From NCBI GenBank assembly GCA_964594835.1, contig CAZQNA010000004.1, forward strand, positions 32,001 through 96,000: a stretch of DNA of 64,000 nucleotides, in the 5' to 3' direction. The stretch comes from an uncultured Nitrososphaerota archaeon (GTDB lineage: Archaea; Korarchaeota; Korarchaeia; Korarchaeales; Korarchaeaceae). Shown here piece by piece: positions 63,440 through 64,000 of this stretch. The notes under the pieces are model-generated. The model was not told the origin of the DNA and made no database searches. It was given only the letters and a program-made list of their open reading frames with translations. The position numbers were made by a program, and so were the translations under genes. Within the stretch, counting starts at the first letter, position 1. Every line of letters begins with the position of its first letter.

Positions 63440-63999
63440 TCCCCCAACGCCTCCCTTCCCGTGAACTCCGGAACGAAGCCTATCGATCTCAGGCCAGCCT
63501 CGACGTTGGACCTCGTTATCTTCGCCAGCTCGTGGGCCCTCCTCAGCGGGTAGGGGTAACCCATCACCGATATGCCAGCCAGGCTCCCAACGAACTCGTC
63601 AAGCTCGTCCTCGTCCACCTCCCCGAGCACCTCCAGCTTCACCGGCGCGGCCGACCGCGCGAGCCTCACGTACAGCGTGGTGAGCCTCACAACATCTCTC
63701 ACTCCCGCGCCCAGGAGGGACCTGGCCGCCCTCACGATGTGCCTGCCCACCGGAACCTCCCTCACCCTGTGGAGGGTCCGCCCCGGGCCCCTGGTGAACC
63801 TCTGCACTATGGCGAGGTCGGGCTTCGATGACCTGAAGTGCGACCTAGCCGAGGACCTCTTCGCCACGGCGACCACCCTCACCCCCGCCGCCTCGGCCGC
63901 GGATATCAGGGCAAGGAGGGAGATCCCCTGCTCCAGCCTCTCCATCGCGGAGACGGCCAGCATGGGCCTCCTACCCTCACCATCCTCGTCGTCGCCGAC
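63436..63999 (-). CDS. nurA: DNA double-strand break repair nuclease NurA (5'-truncated by window edge)
   Basis: V.VAKRS, GYPYPL..AHE.AKI C-terminal motif; frame open to window edge; coupled to herA. Confidence 0.9.
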   Translation of the reverse strand, partial: VGDDEDGEGRRPMLAVSAMERLEQGISLLALISAAEAAGVRVVAVAKRSSARSHFRSSKPDLAIVQRFTRGPGRTLHRVREVPVGRHIVRAARSLLGAGVRDVVRLTTLYVRLARSAAPVKLEVLGEVDEDELDEFVGSLAGISVMGYPYPLRRAHELAKITRSNVEAGLRSIGFVPEFTGREALGE

Positions 64000-64000
64000 G

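Noticed and set aside
57886-63999. HerA plus nuclease as a possible anti-phage system
   Set aside because: Complete nurA-herA-mre11-rad50 set is the standard archaeal double-strand break resection operon

Overview
GC-rich archaeal chromosomal window made almost entirely of core genes. It encodes an unsplit RpoA (A'+A'' in one ORF), unsplit RpoB, PolD DP2, Elf1 and S30e. This combination suggests a TACK archaeon, most plausibly Korarchaeia (inference, not verified). In order: the 3' part of a thermosome gene; a three-gene Wzy-like/membrane operon; rps8e-gar1-small 4-Cys ORF-trm1; fibrillarin/nop5/S30e/DUF460; the RNA polymerase-str cluster; a polC-rpa3-like-pcn-priL-priS-gins-L44e-S27e-aIF2a-nop10 superoperon; an S-layer/cell-envelope block around tRNA-Thr(TGT) and tRNA-Arg(TCT); P1-alaS-DUF434-mtnA; a DUF123-HAD fusion; gyaR; ogg; radA with a 511-aa LAGLIDADG intein; a Ubl-ttuA pair; two PAC2 genes; hsp20; and nurA-herA-mre11-rad50. 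Four small genes missing from the ORF track were read by hand (gar1, the 4-Cys ORF, rps30e, nop10). I saw no CRISPR array, rRNA, integrase or transposase. Best leads: (1) a stand-alone 59-aa TFE-beta/RPC34-like Fe-S microprotein at the syntenic RPC34 position; (2) coordinated divergence of the RNAP bridge helix, trigger loop and RpoB NTP-site motifs; (3) a TtuA-coupled ubiquitin-like protein ending in SG-V instead of GG; (4) a hybrid envelope with a euryarchaeal-type S-layer, a thioester-less A2M-TED-like surface protein and an SlaB-like stalk; (5) a DUF123 nuclease-HAD phosphatase fusion near ogg/radA. Family assignments come from motif recognition and recalled consensus sequences; no database searches were run.
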